Source of the DNA: Veillonellaceae bacterium
GTDB lineage: Bacteria > Bacillota > Negativicutes > JAAYSF01
Length of the DNA: 64,000 nucleotides
Assembly: GCA_012523975.1 (NCBI GenBank)
Contig: JAAYSF010000038.1
Coordinates: 8,390 to 72,389, forward strand
Direction of reading: 5' to 3'
Below the pieces are notes generated by a model that saw nothing but the letters and a program-made list of their open reading frames with translations, searched no databases and was not told the DNA's origin. Numbering within the stretch: the first letter of the stretch is position 1; each line of letters starts with the position of its first letter. Made by a program: the position numbers and the translations under genes. This document shows, piece by piece, positions 50,138-64,000 of this stretch.

Positions 50138-50143
50138 TCAAAT

Positions 50144-53770
<3,627 letters not shown>

Positions 53771-54012
53771 TTATCTGCCGTTGTCACTCTTGTTCCCTGA
53801 ACCTTGTCCAATTAATGTAAAATACCACTTGGATTCAGGCATAGATTAGACTCGACATTAACATTATTATTATATAATATACACCGTATGTCCCAGTATG
53901 TAAATATCTTTTCCGACATTTACCATCATTTCTTCGGTAAATTAAGTGAAAAAATATACATTCTCTCGATTCAGAAAATTACCAATTTTGCTTGAATAAT
54001 CCTATTTTGATG

Positions 54013-54300
54013 TTATGCTTTCGGCTTATTTTTCCTGGGGACAGCCGTCAGTATCACCTGCTTGCCTTCCTGCTTAACCTTGATATTATAATCGACAATA
54101 CCTTCCTTGTATAGCTTGACTTTTAGTTCCAACAAAGCCTTACCAACCGTCTGCGTGAGTTCAGGTGTAAGGAAGCCGCTTTCATAACCCGGCTTAACAG
54201 CAGGTGCTTGTCGAAGCTCGTTTTTTTCTTCCTTTTGAGTTTCCTTTTCCCATTTTGTCATCATATCAGAATCGCTAAGATTTTTTGGGATCTTGGCCAT
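54013..54300 (-). CDS. Hypothetical protein (95 aa, Lys/Glu-rich)
   Basis: ORF with coding-like composition between PFOR and dapL. No family recognised. Confidence 0.4.
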   Translation of the reverse strand: MAKIPKNLSDSDMMTKWEKETQKEEKNELRQAPAVKPGYESGFLTPELTQTVGKALLELKVKLYKEGIVDYNIKVKQEGKQVILTAVPRKNKPKA

Positions 54301-54459
54301 CTGTAATTCCCCCCTACATTTTATTTATTTTAGTATTAAAAAAATAAAATTACAAGTTCAGGTTATGAAAAACATGATAACTACTACCATTTTTACCCAA
54401 TAAGTAATATAATTTAAATTATACTACCTTAGTTAGTGATAGAGAGGAGCAACACTACT

Positions 54460-55695
54460 ATGGCCTTAATTAATGAACATTATCTTAAATTGCCTGGCAG
54501 CTATTTATTTGCGGAAATCGGCCGCCGGGTAGCTAAGTTTAAAGATGAAAACCCTGAGGCAAACATTATCCGCCTTGGAATCGGCGATGTTACCAGACCG
54601 CTGCCGCCGGCTGCAATCGAAGGCATGCATAAGGCGGTCGATGAAATGGCCGACGAAAAAACCTTCCGCGGCTACGGTCCTGAACAAGGCTATGATTTCC
54701 TCATTCAGAAAATCATTGGTACCGACTATGCTCCCCGCGGCATTTCGTTAGATGTTGACGAGGTTTTTATCAGCGACGGTTCAAAAAGTGATGTCGGAAA
54801 TATTCAGGAAATCTTCGGACTTAATAATACTGTTGCCATAACCGACCCGGTATACCCAGTCTACCTTGACACCAATGTAATGGCCGGTCGTACAGGCGAA
54901 CTTCAGCAGGATGGCCGGTTCGGCAAGGTGATTTACCTTGTCTGCAATGCCGAAAATAGCTTTAAACCTGCCCTCCCGACAGAACGGGCTGACCTAATTT
55001 ATCTTTGTGTACCAAATAATCCGACCGGTACCACTTTGACCAGAGATGAGCTCAAAGCATGGGTTGACTACGCTAAAGCTAATAAATCAGTAATTCTTTA
55101 TGACGCTGCTTATGAGGCATATATCAGAGAAGACAGTGTTCCTCATAGTATTTACGAGGTAGATGGCGCCAAAGACGTTGCCATCGAATTCCGGTCTTTT
55201 TCAAAAAATGCCGGTTTTACCGGAACACGTTGCGCCTTTACCGTTGTGCCAAAAACAGTAATGGGCTATACGGCAGACGGGAAACAAATCCCGCTTAATA
55301 AGTTATGGAACAGAAGACAAACTACCAAGTTCAACGGCGTTCCTTACATAATTCAAAAAGGAGCTGAGGCCATTTATTCGGCAGCCGGCCAGCAGCAAAT
55401 CAAAGCTTTGGTCGACTACTACATGGAAAATGCCCGCATCATTCGTGAAGGCTTGGCTAGCGCCGGCCTAGAAGCCTTCGGCGGTGTCAATGCCCCTTAT
55501 ATTTGGCTCAAAACGCCTAATAACATGGATTCCTGGGCCTTCTTTGATAAACTGCTCACCAACGTTCATATTGTCGGCACACCCGGCACCGGTTTTGGCC
55601 CAGCGGGTGCAGGCTATTTCCGGTTAACTGCGTTTGGCAGTAAAGAAAACACCTTGGAGGCAATTGAAAGAATCAAGACAAAATTAAGCATTTAA
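54460..55695 (+). CDS. dapL: LL-diaminopimelate aminotransferase
   Basis: Start set at [27 protein letters not shown] (SD AGAGAGGAG). DapL-type N-terminus and [13 protein letters not shown]. 411 aa. Confidence 0.88.
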   Translation: MALINEHYLKLPGSYLFAEIGRRVAKFKDENPEANIIRLGIGDVTRPLPPAAIEGMHKAVDEMADEKTFRGYGPEQGYDFLIQKIIGTDYAPRGISLDVDEVFISDGSKSDVGNIQEIFGLNNTVAITDPVYPVYLDTNVMAGRTGELQQDGRFGKVIYLVCNAENSFKPALPTERADLIYLCVPNNPTGTTLTRDELKAWVDYAKANKSVILYDAAYEAYIREDSVPHSIYEVDGAKDVAIEFRSFSKNAGFTGTRCAFTVVPKTVMGYTADGKQIPLNKLWNRRQTTKFNGVPYIIQKGAEAIYSAAGQQQIKALVDYYMENARIIREGLASAGLEAFGGVNAPYIWLKTPNNMDSWAFFDKLLTNVHIVGTPGTGFGPAGAGYFRLTAFGSKENTLEAIERIKTKLSI

Positions 55696-55698
55696 AAG

Positions 55699-55752
55699 AT
55701 AAACTCCTAGCAACCTGGCTGCAAAAGCCCGATTAACTAGGAGTTTTTTTAT
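55699..55752 (+). terminator. Terminator of dapL
   Basis: Stem aaactcctag/ctaggagttt followed by tttttt. Confidence 0.55.
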
Positions 55753-55764
55753 TTGCCGGCAGAA

Positions 55765-56322
55765 CTATTGCTGGACATTGTACATGCCTTTACTTTGCAT
55801 GTAATTAAAAATCTTTTCACCATGCTGCTGTTCTTCTTTTTGAATATGATTCAAAGCTTGGCGTACTTGAGCATTGGTAAACTCGAAAATTGCAGTATCA
55901 TATCCACTCGAAACATACTTTTCGGTCATCAGCATATCATTGCACAGCGTGGCATCGCCTTGACTGCTGGTGCCATAACCAGGAAACGAAGCTTGATTCT
56001 GCATGCTGCTTGCCGACTGAGAATTATTTTGCGCGCTGCTCGATGCCGAGGACTGCGCGCTGCTCTGCATAGAGCTTTGCTGATTTTGACCGCTTTGTTG
56101 ACCTTGCTGCCCCTGGGACATGCTAGGCACTTGACCGCTGGAAATTTGGTTTAAAGTATCCAAGTGCGTCTGTTCCTGCTGAGCAAGTTGGCTAAATAAT
56201 TGCTTTAATTGCGGGTCTTGAGCTTGGCTAGCATAGCTCTGATATTTTTGGATACAGATTTGCTCATGGTTTTTTTGGTCAGCTAATAGCATTTTCTCTT
56301 TCTGGCTAAAATTTAATGGCAC
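55765..56322 (-). CDS. Spore coat protein F (CotF)-like protein with Gln/Ser-rich low-complexity linker
   Basis: GTG start 8 nt after GCAGGAGGTG. Coat_F-like halves (EQICIQKYQSYASQAQDPQLKQLFSQLAQQEQTHLDTL; LCNDMLMTEKYVSSGYDTAIFEFTNAQVRQALNHIQKEEQQHGEKIFNYM) flank a Q/S-rich repeat. Confidence 0.65.
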   Translation of the reverse strand: MPLNFSQKEKMLLADQKNHEQICIQKYQSYASQAQDPQLKQLFSQLAQQEQTHLDTLNQISSGQVPSMSQGQQGQQSGQNQQSSMQSSAQSSASSSAQNNSQSASSMQNQASFPGYGTSSQGDATLCNDMLMTEKYVSSGYDTAIFEFTNAQVRQALNHIQKEEQQHGEKIFNYMQSKGMYNVQQ

Positions 56323-56388
56323 AGAAAAACACCTCCTGCTAGTATTTTGCACAAACAGGAGGTGTCATATTCCAGAATTGTATCTTTT

Positions 56389-57294
56389 CTACTTAGCTTG
56401 GGCTGCCATTACGGCCAATGCAATAGAATTGAGTTTTGCCTCAGCTGAATCTGATCGCGAGGTCACAATAACCGGCGCTTTAGCGCCTACGATAATACCA
56501 GTCAGATTTCCTTTGGCGAAATAGGTTATTGATTTATACAGAACATTGCCGGATACCAGTTCGGGCACCATTAAAATATCAGCCCGCCCTGCTACCTGAC
56601 TCTTTATCCCTTTATGTTCAGCCGCCTCCACGCTGACGGCATTATCTAGCGCTAACGGCCCGTCTATGATGCAACCTTTTAACTGCCCACGCTCTGCCAT
56701 CTTGGAAAGCGCCGCCGCATCAACACAAGCCGGCATATCACTATTAACTACTTCAACAGCAGCCAAACAAGCTACCTTAGGACATTCCACGCCAATTGCA
56801 TGGGCTACGCTAACAGCATTCTGAACAATTTGCGCCTTTTGCAGCAAATCAGGAGTAACATTCATAGCCGCATCGGTAATAATAATCAGCCGATCAAAAC
56901 CAGGTATCTCGGCCACAGCTACATGAGATAAAATGTTTTTTCCGGCTCGCAGCCCGACTTCCTTATTGAGCACCGCTCTCAGCATATCGGCCGTAGCAAC
57001 AAGCCCCTTCATAACGGCCTGAGCCTGCCCTGAGCTGACTAACTGCACAGCCTTTAAAGCAGCTTTGGCGGTATCAGGTTCATCAATAATTTCAAAACAA
57101 TTAATATCTATATTCATTTTCGACGCAATAGTTTCAATCTTAGTTTTACTGCCGACTAGAACCGCCTCGGCAATGCCTCGTTCTTTGGCTTCGACCACAG
57201 CATCCAGCACATGCTCATCTTCGGCCGCCGCCACAGCAATTCTGCAGGCAGGCACTTTCTTGGCGGCCTCGATTATTTCCGCAAAGCTTTTCAC
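56389..57294 (-). CDS. ptb: Phosphate acyltransferase of the Pta/Ptb family (phosphate butyryltransferase-like)
   Basis: 301 aa. Collinear with Ptb/Pta C-terminal catalytic domain architecture. Confidence 0.8.
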   Translation of the reverse strand: MKSFAEIIEAAKKVPACRIAVAAAEDEHVLDAVVEAKERGIAEAVLVGSKTKIETIASKMNIDINCFEIIDEPDTAKAALKAVQLVSSGQAQAVMKGLVATADMLRAVLNKEVGLRAGKNILSHVAVAEIPGFDRLIIITDAAMNVTPDLLQKAQIVQNAVSVAHAIGVECPKVACLAAVEVVNSDMPACVDAAALSKMAERGQLKGCIIDGPLALDNAVSVEAAEHKGIKSQVAGRADILMVPELVSGNVLYKSITYFAKGNLTGIIVGAKAPVIVTSRSDSAEAKLNSIALAVMAAQAK

Positions 57295-57403
57295 ACAATT
57301 ACCTCCCCCAATTATAGTGGTTGCTTTAACGGTTTGGTTTTTCTATTTTTAGCTATGATAACCCTGCAAAAATTGCGCTGCCGTAAAAAAATGTTAACGT
57401 TTT

Positions 57404-58408
57404 TTACATTTCAAGAGCCACCGCATGGGCAATGCAAGGAATAGACTCCTTTTGCTGATAAGAAGTGGTGCTATGCAAACTGCCGGTTCCAACTAGTAAT
57501 ATCTTCTTTAATTTTGCTTTTAACATAGCAGGATACAGGTACCCGCAAAATACTATACCAGAGCTGGCGCAACCGCTAGCTCCGGCATGGGCATCCTGCT
57601 CTTCGCGATAAATCATGCAGCCGCAATCTTCGTAGTTTTGCGATAAGTCCAACCCTTTATCTTGGAGCAGCTGAATAACAAGAGTTTTTCCAACTACCCC
57701 CAAGTCGCCGGTATAAATCATATCATAGTAAGATGGCTGCCTGCCCGTATCCTGGAAATGCTGCCATAGTGTATCTGCGGCCGCCGGAGCCATTGCCGGT
57801 CCCATTGAATTTGGATCTTTTACCCCCATATCAACGACTTTGCCGACTGTTGCTGCCACAACCCGTGGTCCTGTCCCTTCCACAGACAATACTGCCGCGC
57901 CCGAACCGGTTACAGTCCACTGTGCAGAAGGAGGCCGCTGCACCCCAAGCTCAGTTGGAAAACGATATTGCCGTTCGGCAGCATCGTGATGACTGGAAAC
58001 GGCAATTGCAACCTTACTCCCATATTCACCATCCAAAATCATCGAGCCAATCACTATACTTTCCGCTAAAGTCGAACATGCCCCATACAGTCCGAGAAAA
58101 GGCCGGCCTAAGCTTCGCATGGCAAAATGAGCAGATATTAATTGATTAAGCAGATCTCCGGCCAACATATAGTCGATGTCATCTAAAGTACTATTATCCT
58201 TTTCAACCGCTTTTTTAATAGCCCATTCCATCATCGATGACTCACATTTTTCCCAACTACCCTTACCGTTGATATTATCCTTCATTATCATATCAAAATA
58301 CTCACCTAAAAACCCTTCACCTTCCATAGGACCGACTATTGTTGCGGTGCTTGTTATATAAGGCGGTGCGGCGAACATTATGCTTTGTTTGCCTTGCTTT
58401 TTCTTCAC
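57404..58408 (-). CDS. spoVAD: Stage V sporulation protein AD (thiolase-fold, DPA-binding)
   Basis: 334 aa. MFAAPPYITSTATIVGPMEGEGFLGEYFD ... SpoVAD family pattern. Confidence 0.8.
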   Translation of the reverse strand: MKKKQGKQSIMFAAPPYITSTATIVGPMEGEGFLGEYFDMIMKDNINGKGSWEKCESSMMEWAIKKAVEKDNSTLDDIDYMLAGDLLNQLISAHFAMRSLGRPFLGLYGACSTLAESIVIGSMILDGEYGSKVAIAVSSHHDAAERQYRFPTELGVQRPPSAQWTVTGSGAAVLSVEGTGPRVVAATVGKVVDMGVKDPNSMGPAMAPAAADTLWQHFQDTGRQPSYYDMIYTGDLGVVGKTLVIQLLQDKGLDLSQNYEDCGCMIYREEQDAHAGASGCASSGIVFCGYLYPAMLKAKLKKILLVGTGSLHSTTSYQQKESIPCIAHAVALEM

Positions 58409-58786
58409 GGATCGTTGCCCCCTACGTTAACTTATTGTTAACCCAAAGAAACCGCATAGTCTTTTGGCGGTTCTTATTTATTATTACGCGTCCGCGAAAA
58501 ATAATACCAAGCTTCATGGCATGCTCTGCGCTTTTGTGTAGCAGCTTCCGGTTAAAGAACATAAGATATAACAGGAGGCGAATGTTATGCGTTACAAACA
58601 GCCACTAATTTTAAATTATATAAAAAAGCCTGTGCCAATTTACGAAGACTATAGCTACCTGTATTTTTACCCACCCTATGCCTACTATAAACATTGGAAA
58701 AGCTTTAAATGTCTATGGTGCAAACACAACCTTTATAATCGCCGCCCTTAATTGTCGTTAAAGAACTGGGATCGAGGTTGTATTCC

Positions 58787-59020
58787 TCACGAATCAGTGG
58801 TAATTATCACGACCTCATTATTAATAATGAGTGACTTAACTAATTGCTGAATATCAGGGGCTAAGCCTAAGTCGTCATTTACATTATTCTGAACTGTTGA
58901 AATATATAAATCGGCTAACCCGGCCGGTATAACAAGGATTGGAATAGGCGCTGTCAAATTACCTAAGTTACTCAGAGTTATAACTTCTACTATATTTCGC
59001 ACACCTGGAGCTAACGGCAT
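58787..59020 (-). CDS. Small spore-associated protein, possibly GerPA/GerPF-like (tentative)
   Basis: 77 aa starting MPLAPGVRNIV ... Loosely GerP-like. Weak assignment. Confidence 0.3.
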   Translation of the reverse strand: MPLAPGVRNIVEVITLSNLGNLTAPIPILVIPAGLADLYISTVQNNVNDDLGLAPDIQQLVKSLIINNEVVIITTDS

Positions 59021-59284
59021 TGAAACCCCCTCCTATTTATATACCCTCAGTATATTCCGGGCAGTTTCTTCAGGTGCTAAACAAGGCCAATACCAGAAAA
59101 AGCCGGTTAAAAGCCGGCTTTTTCTATTGTATAATCCTGATTCTTGGCCATACAAAGCTTCAAAGACATTGGTATTCGCTGAAAAGTCAGCCAATTCCAA
59201 CGATAAACACTTATTGCAGTAATCGCGTATCAACTGTATAATTTCAACATATGATAATAATTTTACAGCAAGGGAGTTAAAACA

Positions 59285-60766
59285 ATGCAGCACATTAATT
59301 TGGGAGTCATTACAGCATTTACAGTCTATTTAGGCGCAATGATGCTGATTGGAGTTTATTTCTACAACAGGACCAAAAATATGTCGGAGTACATACTTGG
59401 GGGGCGGAAGCTTAATGCCTGGGTTACATCGATGAGCGCCGAAGCGTCGGATATGAGCGGATGGATGCTGATGGGCTTACCGGGCTACGCTTATCTCGCA
59501 GGATTGGAAGCCGGTTGGATTGCGCTTGGGCTAATTCTCGGCACATGGGCTAACTGGCAGTTTATTTCCACACGGCTGCGAAAGTATACTCAGATTGCTA
59601 ATGATTCACTTACCATGCCCGACTATTTTCAAAACCGATTTCGGGATAATTCACAGGTTCTCCGCGTAATATCAGCTGTTTTTATTCTTATCTTCTTCTT
59701 AATTTATACCTCTTCGGGCTTTGTCGCCAGCGGCAAACTATTTAATACTGTATTTGGCCTTCCTTATACTACTTCGTTGATTCTCGGCGCCTTCGTCGTG
59801 GTATTCTACACCTTTCTCGGCGGCTTTATGGCCGTGTGTTGGACTGATTTTGTCCAAGGCACTATGATGTTCTTTGCCGTATTACTCGTGCCAATCACTG
59901 CCATGCAGTTCACCGGCGGGGCTGCGACTACCTACGCAGCGCTTACTGCGCTTAATACCGAACTTTTTAACCCCTTCACTTCGGTAGATGGAAAACCACT
60001 GTCGCTTATTGCTATTGTCTCATTAATGGCGTGGGGCTTGGGTTACTTCGGCCAACCTCATATCTTGGTACGATTTATGGCCGTAAATTCCACAGCTGAA
60101 TTAAAAAAAGCAACTCGCATAGCTATGACTTGGGTTATTCTCTCACTGTCCGCTGCGGTCGCTATCGGTATGATTGGAAGGGTCTTCCTTACTACCCCGC
60201 TTGTCGGCTCAGCTACAGAAACTGTATTTTTGGTCATGACCAACCAACTTTTCTCCTCCTTCGTTGCCGGACTAATTCTTTCAGCCGTACTGGCAGCTAT
60301 CATGAGTACAGCCTCTTCCCAACTCCTCGTTACTGCGTCGGCCATCTCACAAGATTTTTACAAAGCAATCCTTCGCAAGAATGCTAGTCAGCAAGAACTG
60401 GTATGGGTAAGTCGCCTGACCGTTGTCGGTGCCTCGATAATCGCTATTATCCTTGGACTTAACCCCAATAACCTAATTCTTGATATGGTTGCCTATGCCT
60501 GGGCAGGCTTTGGCGCCGCCTTCGGCCCAGCACTCGTTATGTCATTGTTTTGGAAACGCATGACTAGAAACGGCGCCTTAGTCGGCATTATCGTCGGCGG
60601 GGTTACCGTTCTGGTGTGGAAACAGTTTGCATGGTTTGGTCTTTACGAAATTGTGCCCGGGTTCTTCCTGTCAGTTTTAGCAATTTATATTGTCAGCATG
60701 ATGGATAAACCGCCTGCCAAAGAGATTACCGAGGAATTTGAAGCGGTTAACGTAAGCAAAATATAA
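59285..60766 (+). CDS. putP: Sodium:proline symporter (SSS family)
   Basis: 493 aa, 13 TM. SSS family N-terminus and GGRKLNAWVTSMSAEASDMSGWMLMGLPG. Confidence 0.88.
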   Translation: MQHINLGVITAFTVYLGAMMLIGVYFYNRTKNMSEYILGGRKLNAWVTSMSAEASDMSGWMLMGLPGYAYLAGLEAGWIALGLILGTWANWQFISTRLRKYTQIANDSLTMPDYFQNRFRDNSQVLRVISAVFILIFFLIYTSSGFVASGKLFNTVFGLPYTTSLILGAFVVVFYTFLGGFMAVCWTDFVQGTMMFFAVLLVPITAMQFTGGAATTYAALTALNTELFNPFTSVDGKPLSLIAIVSLMAWGLGYFGQPHILVRFMAVNSTAELKKATRIAMTWVILSLSAAVAIGMIGRVFLTTPLVGSATETVFLVMTNQLFSSFVAGLILSAVLAAIMSTASSQLLVTASAISQDFYKAILRKNASQQELVWVSRLTVVGASIIAIILGLNPNNLILDMVAYAWAGFGAAFGPALVMSLFWKRMTRNGALVGIIVGGVTVLVWKQFAWFGLYEIVPGFFLSVLAIYIVSMMDKPPAKEITEEFEAVNVSKI

Positions 60767-60793
60767 CATTCAGCTAAGCTTGAATTTATCTTC

Positions 60794-60827
60794 AGATTGC
60801 CTCGCATCGCGTGGCAATCTTTTTTCT
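60794..60827 (+). terminator. Terminator of putP
   Basis: Stem gattgcc/ggcaatc followed by ttttttct. Confidence 0.6.
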
Positions 60828-60920
60828 GTCTCGCCGTAGATATTGACAAATTAATGAATTAATATAAAAATAATATAGGAAAGAGGTATTTCCATTTTTA
60901 ACCAAAAGGAGTGGGTTAGA

Positions 60921-61817
60921 TTGAAAAAATTATTCGTAGTACTGCTCTCAGTCATAATGATGGTTATTGTCGGCGGTTGCGGTTCGCAGACAACAAAAGC
61001 TCCTGCCACTAAGGACAATTCGATTAAAATCGGCGGTTCAAGCACAATGGCTCCGGTTATCGCCAAATGCGCGGACGATTTTACCGAGAAGTTTCATACC
61101 TGGAAAAAAGTCAACGACAGGCTGCCCGATGAACCAATCGTAATATTCGTGGCCACCGGCGGCTCAGGCTTTGGTGTCAAATCAGCTATGAATAATACCG
61201 TTGATATGGGTTTAGTTTCGCGGGATGTCAAAGAGGCGGAAAAAGCGAAACTTACCAATCATACGCTTTATACGCTAGGCTATGATGCGCTGACCATTGC
61301 GGTAAATCCGCAAAACCCTGTTCTTACAGTAAAACCCGATATTACTAATGATGAAATTAAAAAGATTTTCTCCGGTGAGATCAAGACTTGGAATCAACTT
61401 GATCCAAACCTGCCTAATCGGCCGATTGTTTTGGCAATTCGGGATTTAGGCGGCGGTGCCAGCCAAGTGTTTGACGAACTTATCATGAAAGGCACTCCTA
61501 TAGCTAAGGAGGCCGTCCAGCTTCCTTCAATGGGCGCCTTGGCCGGTAAGGTCATGGATAATGCCGACGCTATTGGTTATGTATCGGTTGGTCTTGTTGA
61601 GCAAAACAAAGGTAAAATTGGCGTATTATCAGTCGAAGGAATTCAGCCTACTACCGAAAACATTGCCAGCGGCAAGTACAAAATTGCCCGACCGCTTATT
61701 GTCATCGCTAAAGCTACCCCAGATGATCGCGAACAGCAGTTTCTAAATTACCTACAATCAGAAAAGGGCGTAAAAGCTCTGTCCAGCATGGGCTTTGTAC
61801 CGGTTCAAGCCAAATAA
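60921..61817 (+). CDS. pstS: Phosphate ABC transporter substrate-binding lipoprotein
   Basis: TTG start after AAAAGGAG. Lipobox VGGCGS. IKIGGSSTMAPV PstS-family motif. Confidence 0.85.
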   Translation: MKKLFVVLLSVIMMVIVGGCGSQTTKAPATKDNSIKIGGSSTMAPVIAKCADDFTEKFHTWKKVNDRLPDEPIVIFVATGGSGFGVKSAMNNTVDMGLVSRDVKEAEKAKLTNHTLYTLGYDALTIAVNPQNPVLTVKPDITNDEIKKIFSGEIKTWNQLDPNLPNRPIVLAIRDLGGGASQVFDELIMKGTPIAKEAVQLPSMGALAGKVMDNADAIGYVSVGLVEQNKGKIGVLSVEGIQPTTENIASGKYKIARPLIVIAKATPDDREQQFLNYLQSEKGVKALSSMGFVPVQAK

Positions 61818-61880
61818 CTTTTTAATTTTACGCTAACTAAGGGTAGTTGCCTGCAACTACCCTACAATTTTATTCTTAGG

Positions 61881-62777
61881 ATGATATTTATGCACTTCAT
61901 CAGCAAAAACGCTGATAGCGTTATAACGCTTGCCAGCGCAGCTATCGCCGCCGCTATGGCCTTACTGCTTCTAACAATTTTTACATTTATTGCTCAGGAG
62001 AGTCTGCCTGCCTGGCAACAAGGCGTCTTAGCAATACTGACCGGCAGTGAATGGCAACCCCTTGCCGAACCGCCGCAGTTAGGGCTCTTAATTATGCTTG
62101 CCAGTACACTGTGGTCGGCGCTTGGAGCAATGCTCATCGCTGCTCCGCTTGGTGTATGCTGCGCTATTTTTCTCGCCGAATTTGCCCCAGACTGGCTCAC
62201 TGCAATTATCAAGCCCGTGCTTACTATGCTGACAGGTATTCCGTCGGTAGTCTACGGCTTTTTAGGAGCAGCTGTACTCGTAAGATTCTTCGAGATCAAA
62301 CGCCTGTTAGCGAGCGGCGAGTCCTTATTTTGCGCCTCCCTGGTCCTGGCAATAATGGTTATTCCCTATATTGTCACCGGCTGTTATTCAGCGCTTCGCT
62401 CAATACCGGCTGAATACCGAATTGCAGTACTATCCATGGGTATCTCCAAGCCTTATGCAGCTATCCATGTACTGCTGCCCATGGCTAGAAAAAGCATGAT
62501 AAGCGCAATAAGTTTGGCTTTTGGCCGGGCAGCCGGCGAAACAATGGCTGTGCTCATGTTGGCCGGTAATACCCTTCTTTTACCAACATCATGGTTCGCC
62601 AAGGGTGAACCCCTGTCAGCCCTTATTGCCCTTGAGCTAGGAAGCGCCACTGTCGGCAGCCCCCAATATCATGGCTTATTTGCGGCCGGCCTGGTACTGC
62701 TCGCTTTTATATCAGTAATAAACCTGACGATTTATTTTAGCAGCCGGGACAGCAGAAACGTGGCCAGACTCAAATGA
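61881..62777 (+). CDS. pstC: Phosphate ABC transporter permease PstC
   Basis: 6-TM permease with EAA-type loop. 5' end uncertain (ATG 61881 or 61893). Confidence 0.8.
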   Translation: MIFMHFISKNADSVITLASAAIAAAMALLLLTIFTFIAQESLPAWQQGVLAILTGSEWQPLAEPPQLGLLIMLASTLWSALGAMLIAAPLGVCCAIFLAEFAPDWLTAIIKPVLTMLTGIPSVVYGFLGAAVLVRFFEIKRLLASGESLFCASLVLAIMVIPYIVTGCYSALRSIPAEYRIAVLSMGISKPYAAIHVLLPMARKSMISAISLAFGRAAGETMAVLMLAGNTLLLPTSWFAKGEPLSALIALELGSATVGSPQYHGLFAAGLVLLAFISVINLTIYFSSRDSRNVARLK

Positions 62778-63613
62778 GTTTACGCACTATCATTGATAAG
62801 TTATGGCTTATGCTGTTTTGGCTGTCTGGGCTGTTAGTGCTGGCTGTCCTGCTTGCCATAATCGCGTTTCTTGTTGTTAAAGGCGGACCGGCAATTAGCT
62901 GGGAATTTCTCACCGCCTCGCCAAAAGGCCTCTTTCTCGGTGTTGAAGGTGGCATTTGGCCGGCTATCAAAGGAACAGCTGCCCTTGTTCTCATAGCGGT
63001 AATAAGTTCAGCTTTCCCGGCTCTTTTTACAGCCCTCTATCTTGCAGAATATGCCGGCGGCTCCAAATTATCATATATCATTATGCTAGCAACTCAGTGC
63101 ATGATCGGCATTCCTTCGATTCTCACCGGTTTGTTTGGCTACGCCTTGTTTGTTGTATATCTCGGCTTTGGAACATCATTGCTGGCTGGAGGCTTAACAC
63201 TAGGCATAATGGTATATCCCACCTTAGTAGTACTGATGCGCAACGCTCTCAATGAAGTATCTGACGATTACCGGATAGCCGGCTTAGCTCTTGGTGTATC
63301 GCGCTGGTATATAATCCGCAGGATTATTCTGCCGAAGGCCGCACCAGGCCTAATTAGTGCCGTTCTTCTGGCTATGGGTTATGCGGCTGGCGCCACTGCT
63401 CCTATTATGGTGACAGCAACTGTAATAATAGCTAAGGGCTCGCTTGCCTTGTTTGACCCAGTAATGGCTCTGCCTTATCATCTCTATATTATGTTTAGCC
63501 AGCATGTCTCATTAGAAAATGCCTATGGCACCGCTCTGGTGCTAGTATTTATGCTGATTGTAATAAACACCGTTGCCCTTTGCCTGCAGCGCCGCCGGAA
63601 GGAGACTTCTTAA
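62774..63613 (+). CDS. pstA: Phosphate ABC transporter permease PstA
   Basis: ATGA overlap with pstC. 6-TM permease. Confidence 0.85.
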   Translation: MSLRTIIDKLWLMLFWLSGLLVLAVLLAIIAFLVVKGGPAISWEFLTASPKGLFLGVEGGIWPAIKGTAALVLIAVISSAFPALFTALYLAEYAGGSKLSYIIMLATQCMIGIPSILTGLFGYALFVVYLGFGTSLLAGGLTLGIMVYPTLVVLMRNALNEVSDDYRIAGLALGVSRWYIIRRIILPKAAPGLISAVLLAMGYAAGATAPIMVTATVIIAKGSLALFDPVMALPYHLYIMFSQHVSLENAYGTALVLVFMLIVINTVALCLQRRRKETS

Positions 63614-64000
63614 ATGAAAATAAATGTTGACAATTTAAACGTTTGGTATGGTACCAGTCAAATTTTGCATAATATCAATTTGACCTTTAAAAGTAATACA
63701 ATTTCAGCTATCATTGGTCCGTCTGGGTGTGGAAAAACCACCCTATTGCGTGCTATTAACCGCACAGCAGAATTGTACCCGAAGTTTTCCAGCTCCGGTG
63801 AAGTCTATATCAAAAGCACCCCTTTATATGATAAGATTGATGCGGCTGAGGTTCGCCGATTAATCGGAATGGTGTTTCAAGAACCTGTTATTCTACCGTT
63901 CAGTATTAAAGAAAATGTACTGTTCGGCCCACGTTATTATGGTGTGAATAATAAAAGCGAGCTTAATGGCTTAACTGAAAAGCTCCTGAGACAGGTAGGG
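63614..64000 (+). CDS. pstB: Phosphate ABC transporter ATP-binding protein PstB (N-terminal 129 aa; truncated by window end)
   Basis: Walker A GPSGCGKTT. Characteristic PstB N-terminus MKINVDNLNVWYG. Confidence 0.85.
   Translation, partial: MKINVDNLNVWYGTSQILHNINLTFKSNTISAIIGPSGCGKTTLLRAINRTAELYPKFSSSGEVYIKSTPLYDKIDAAEVRRLIGMVFQEPVILPFSIKENVLFGPRYYGVNNKSELNGLTEKLLRQVG

Noticed and set aside
55753-56154. 133-aa plus-strand ORF inside the CotF-like gene
   Set aside because: Arises from the reverse complement of the Q/S-rich low-complexity region. Not a real gene.
60828-60920. PhoP/Pho-box upstream of pstS
   Set aside because: AT-rich region with TTAATGAATTAATA-type sequence but no convincing repeated TT(A/T/C)ACA boxes at 11-bp phasing. 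Left unannotated.

Overview
The window is a 64-kb chromosomal segment from an endospore-forming Firmicute. The large single-chain PurL, the E. coli-type SpeD, DapL and PFOR together with sporulation genes fit an anaerobic spore-former, possibly Negativicutes/Sporomusaceae; this taxonomic placement is inference.

Most of the window is conserved core genome, almost all on the minus strand:
- a partial SpoVB/YabM-like flippase at the 5' edge, then spoVT, mfd and fin in the classical fin-mfd-spoVT order;
- a small PrsW/CPBP-like membrane protein, a LysM-M23 peptidase, glpX, tal, a Cys-rich protein and spo0F;
- a 791-aa lipoprotein, a Yip1-like membrane protein, sppA, pyrG, argS and a DUF1934 (YwiB-like) gene;
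- two tandem, ~80% identical soluble chemoreceptor-like genes (Diacid_rec sensor domain fused to an MCP signalling domain);
- a PD-(D/E)xK-like small protein, spoIID, a VanW-family protein and a diverged MurE-like ligase.

From 24.7 kb a lower-GC stretch follows:
- a lone LarA-family lactate-racemase homolog, a DUF2156 protein and an operon of a PocR-domain sensor kinase with a REC-HD-GYP response regulator;
- a strongly AT-rich ~5.1-kb island (30.2-35.3 kb) wedged between that operon and purL. It has ten small genes, no recombinase and no tRNA. Two paralogs in it are built from 2 and 3 tandem copies of a ~55-aa His/Cys zinc-ribbon-like module (HxxCGHEW ... RCPxC). They sit among tiny ORFs with their own SD sequences and terminators. 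This is my best candidate for an undescribed system.

Downstream of purL:
- a LysR regulator, speD, a second HD-GYP protein and a clear T-box leader in front of an Lrp/AsnC regulator plus class-I aminotransferase pair (alaRT-like);
- lctP, a hotdog thioesterase, a bacteriohemerythrin, an FAD oxidoreductase, a second LysR and PFOR;
- dapL, a CotF-like coat protein, ptb, an orphan spoVAD, putP and pstSCAB (pstB truncated at the window edge).

No rRNA, tRNA, CRISPR array or transposase was seen. Several rho-independent terminators and a few candidate promoters are annotated; the candidate promoters in front of spo0F, spoVT and pyrG resemble sigmaH-, sigmaG- and sigmaA-type sites respectively.
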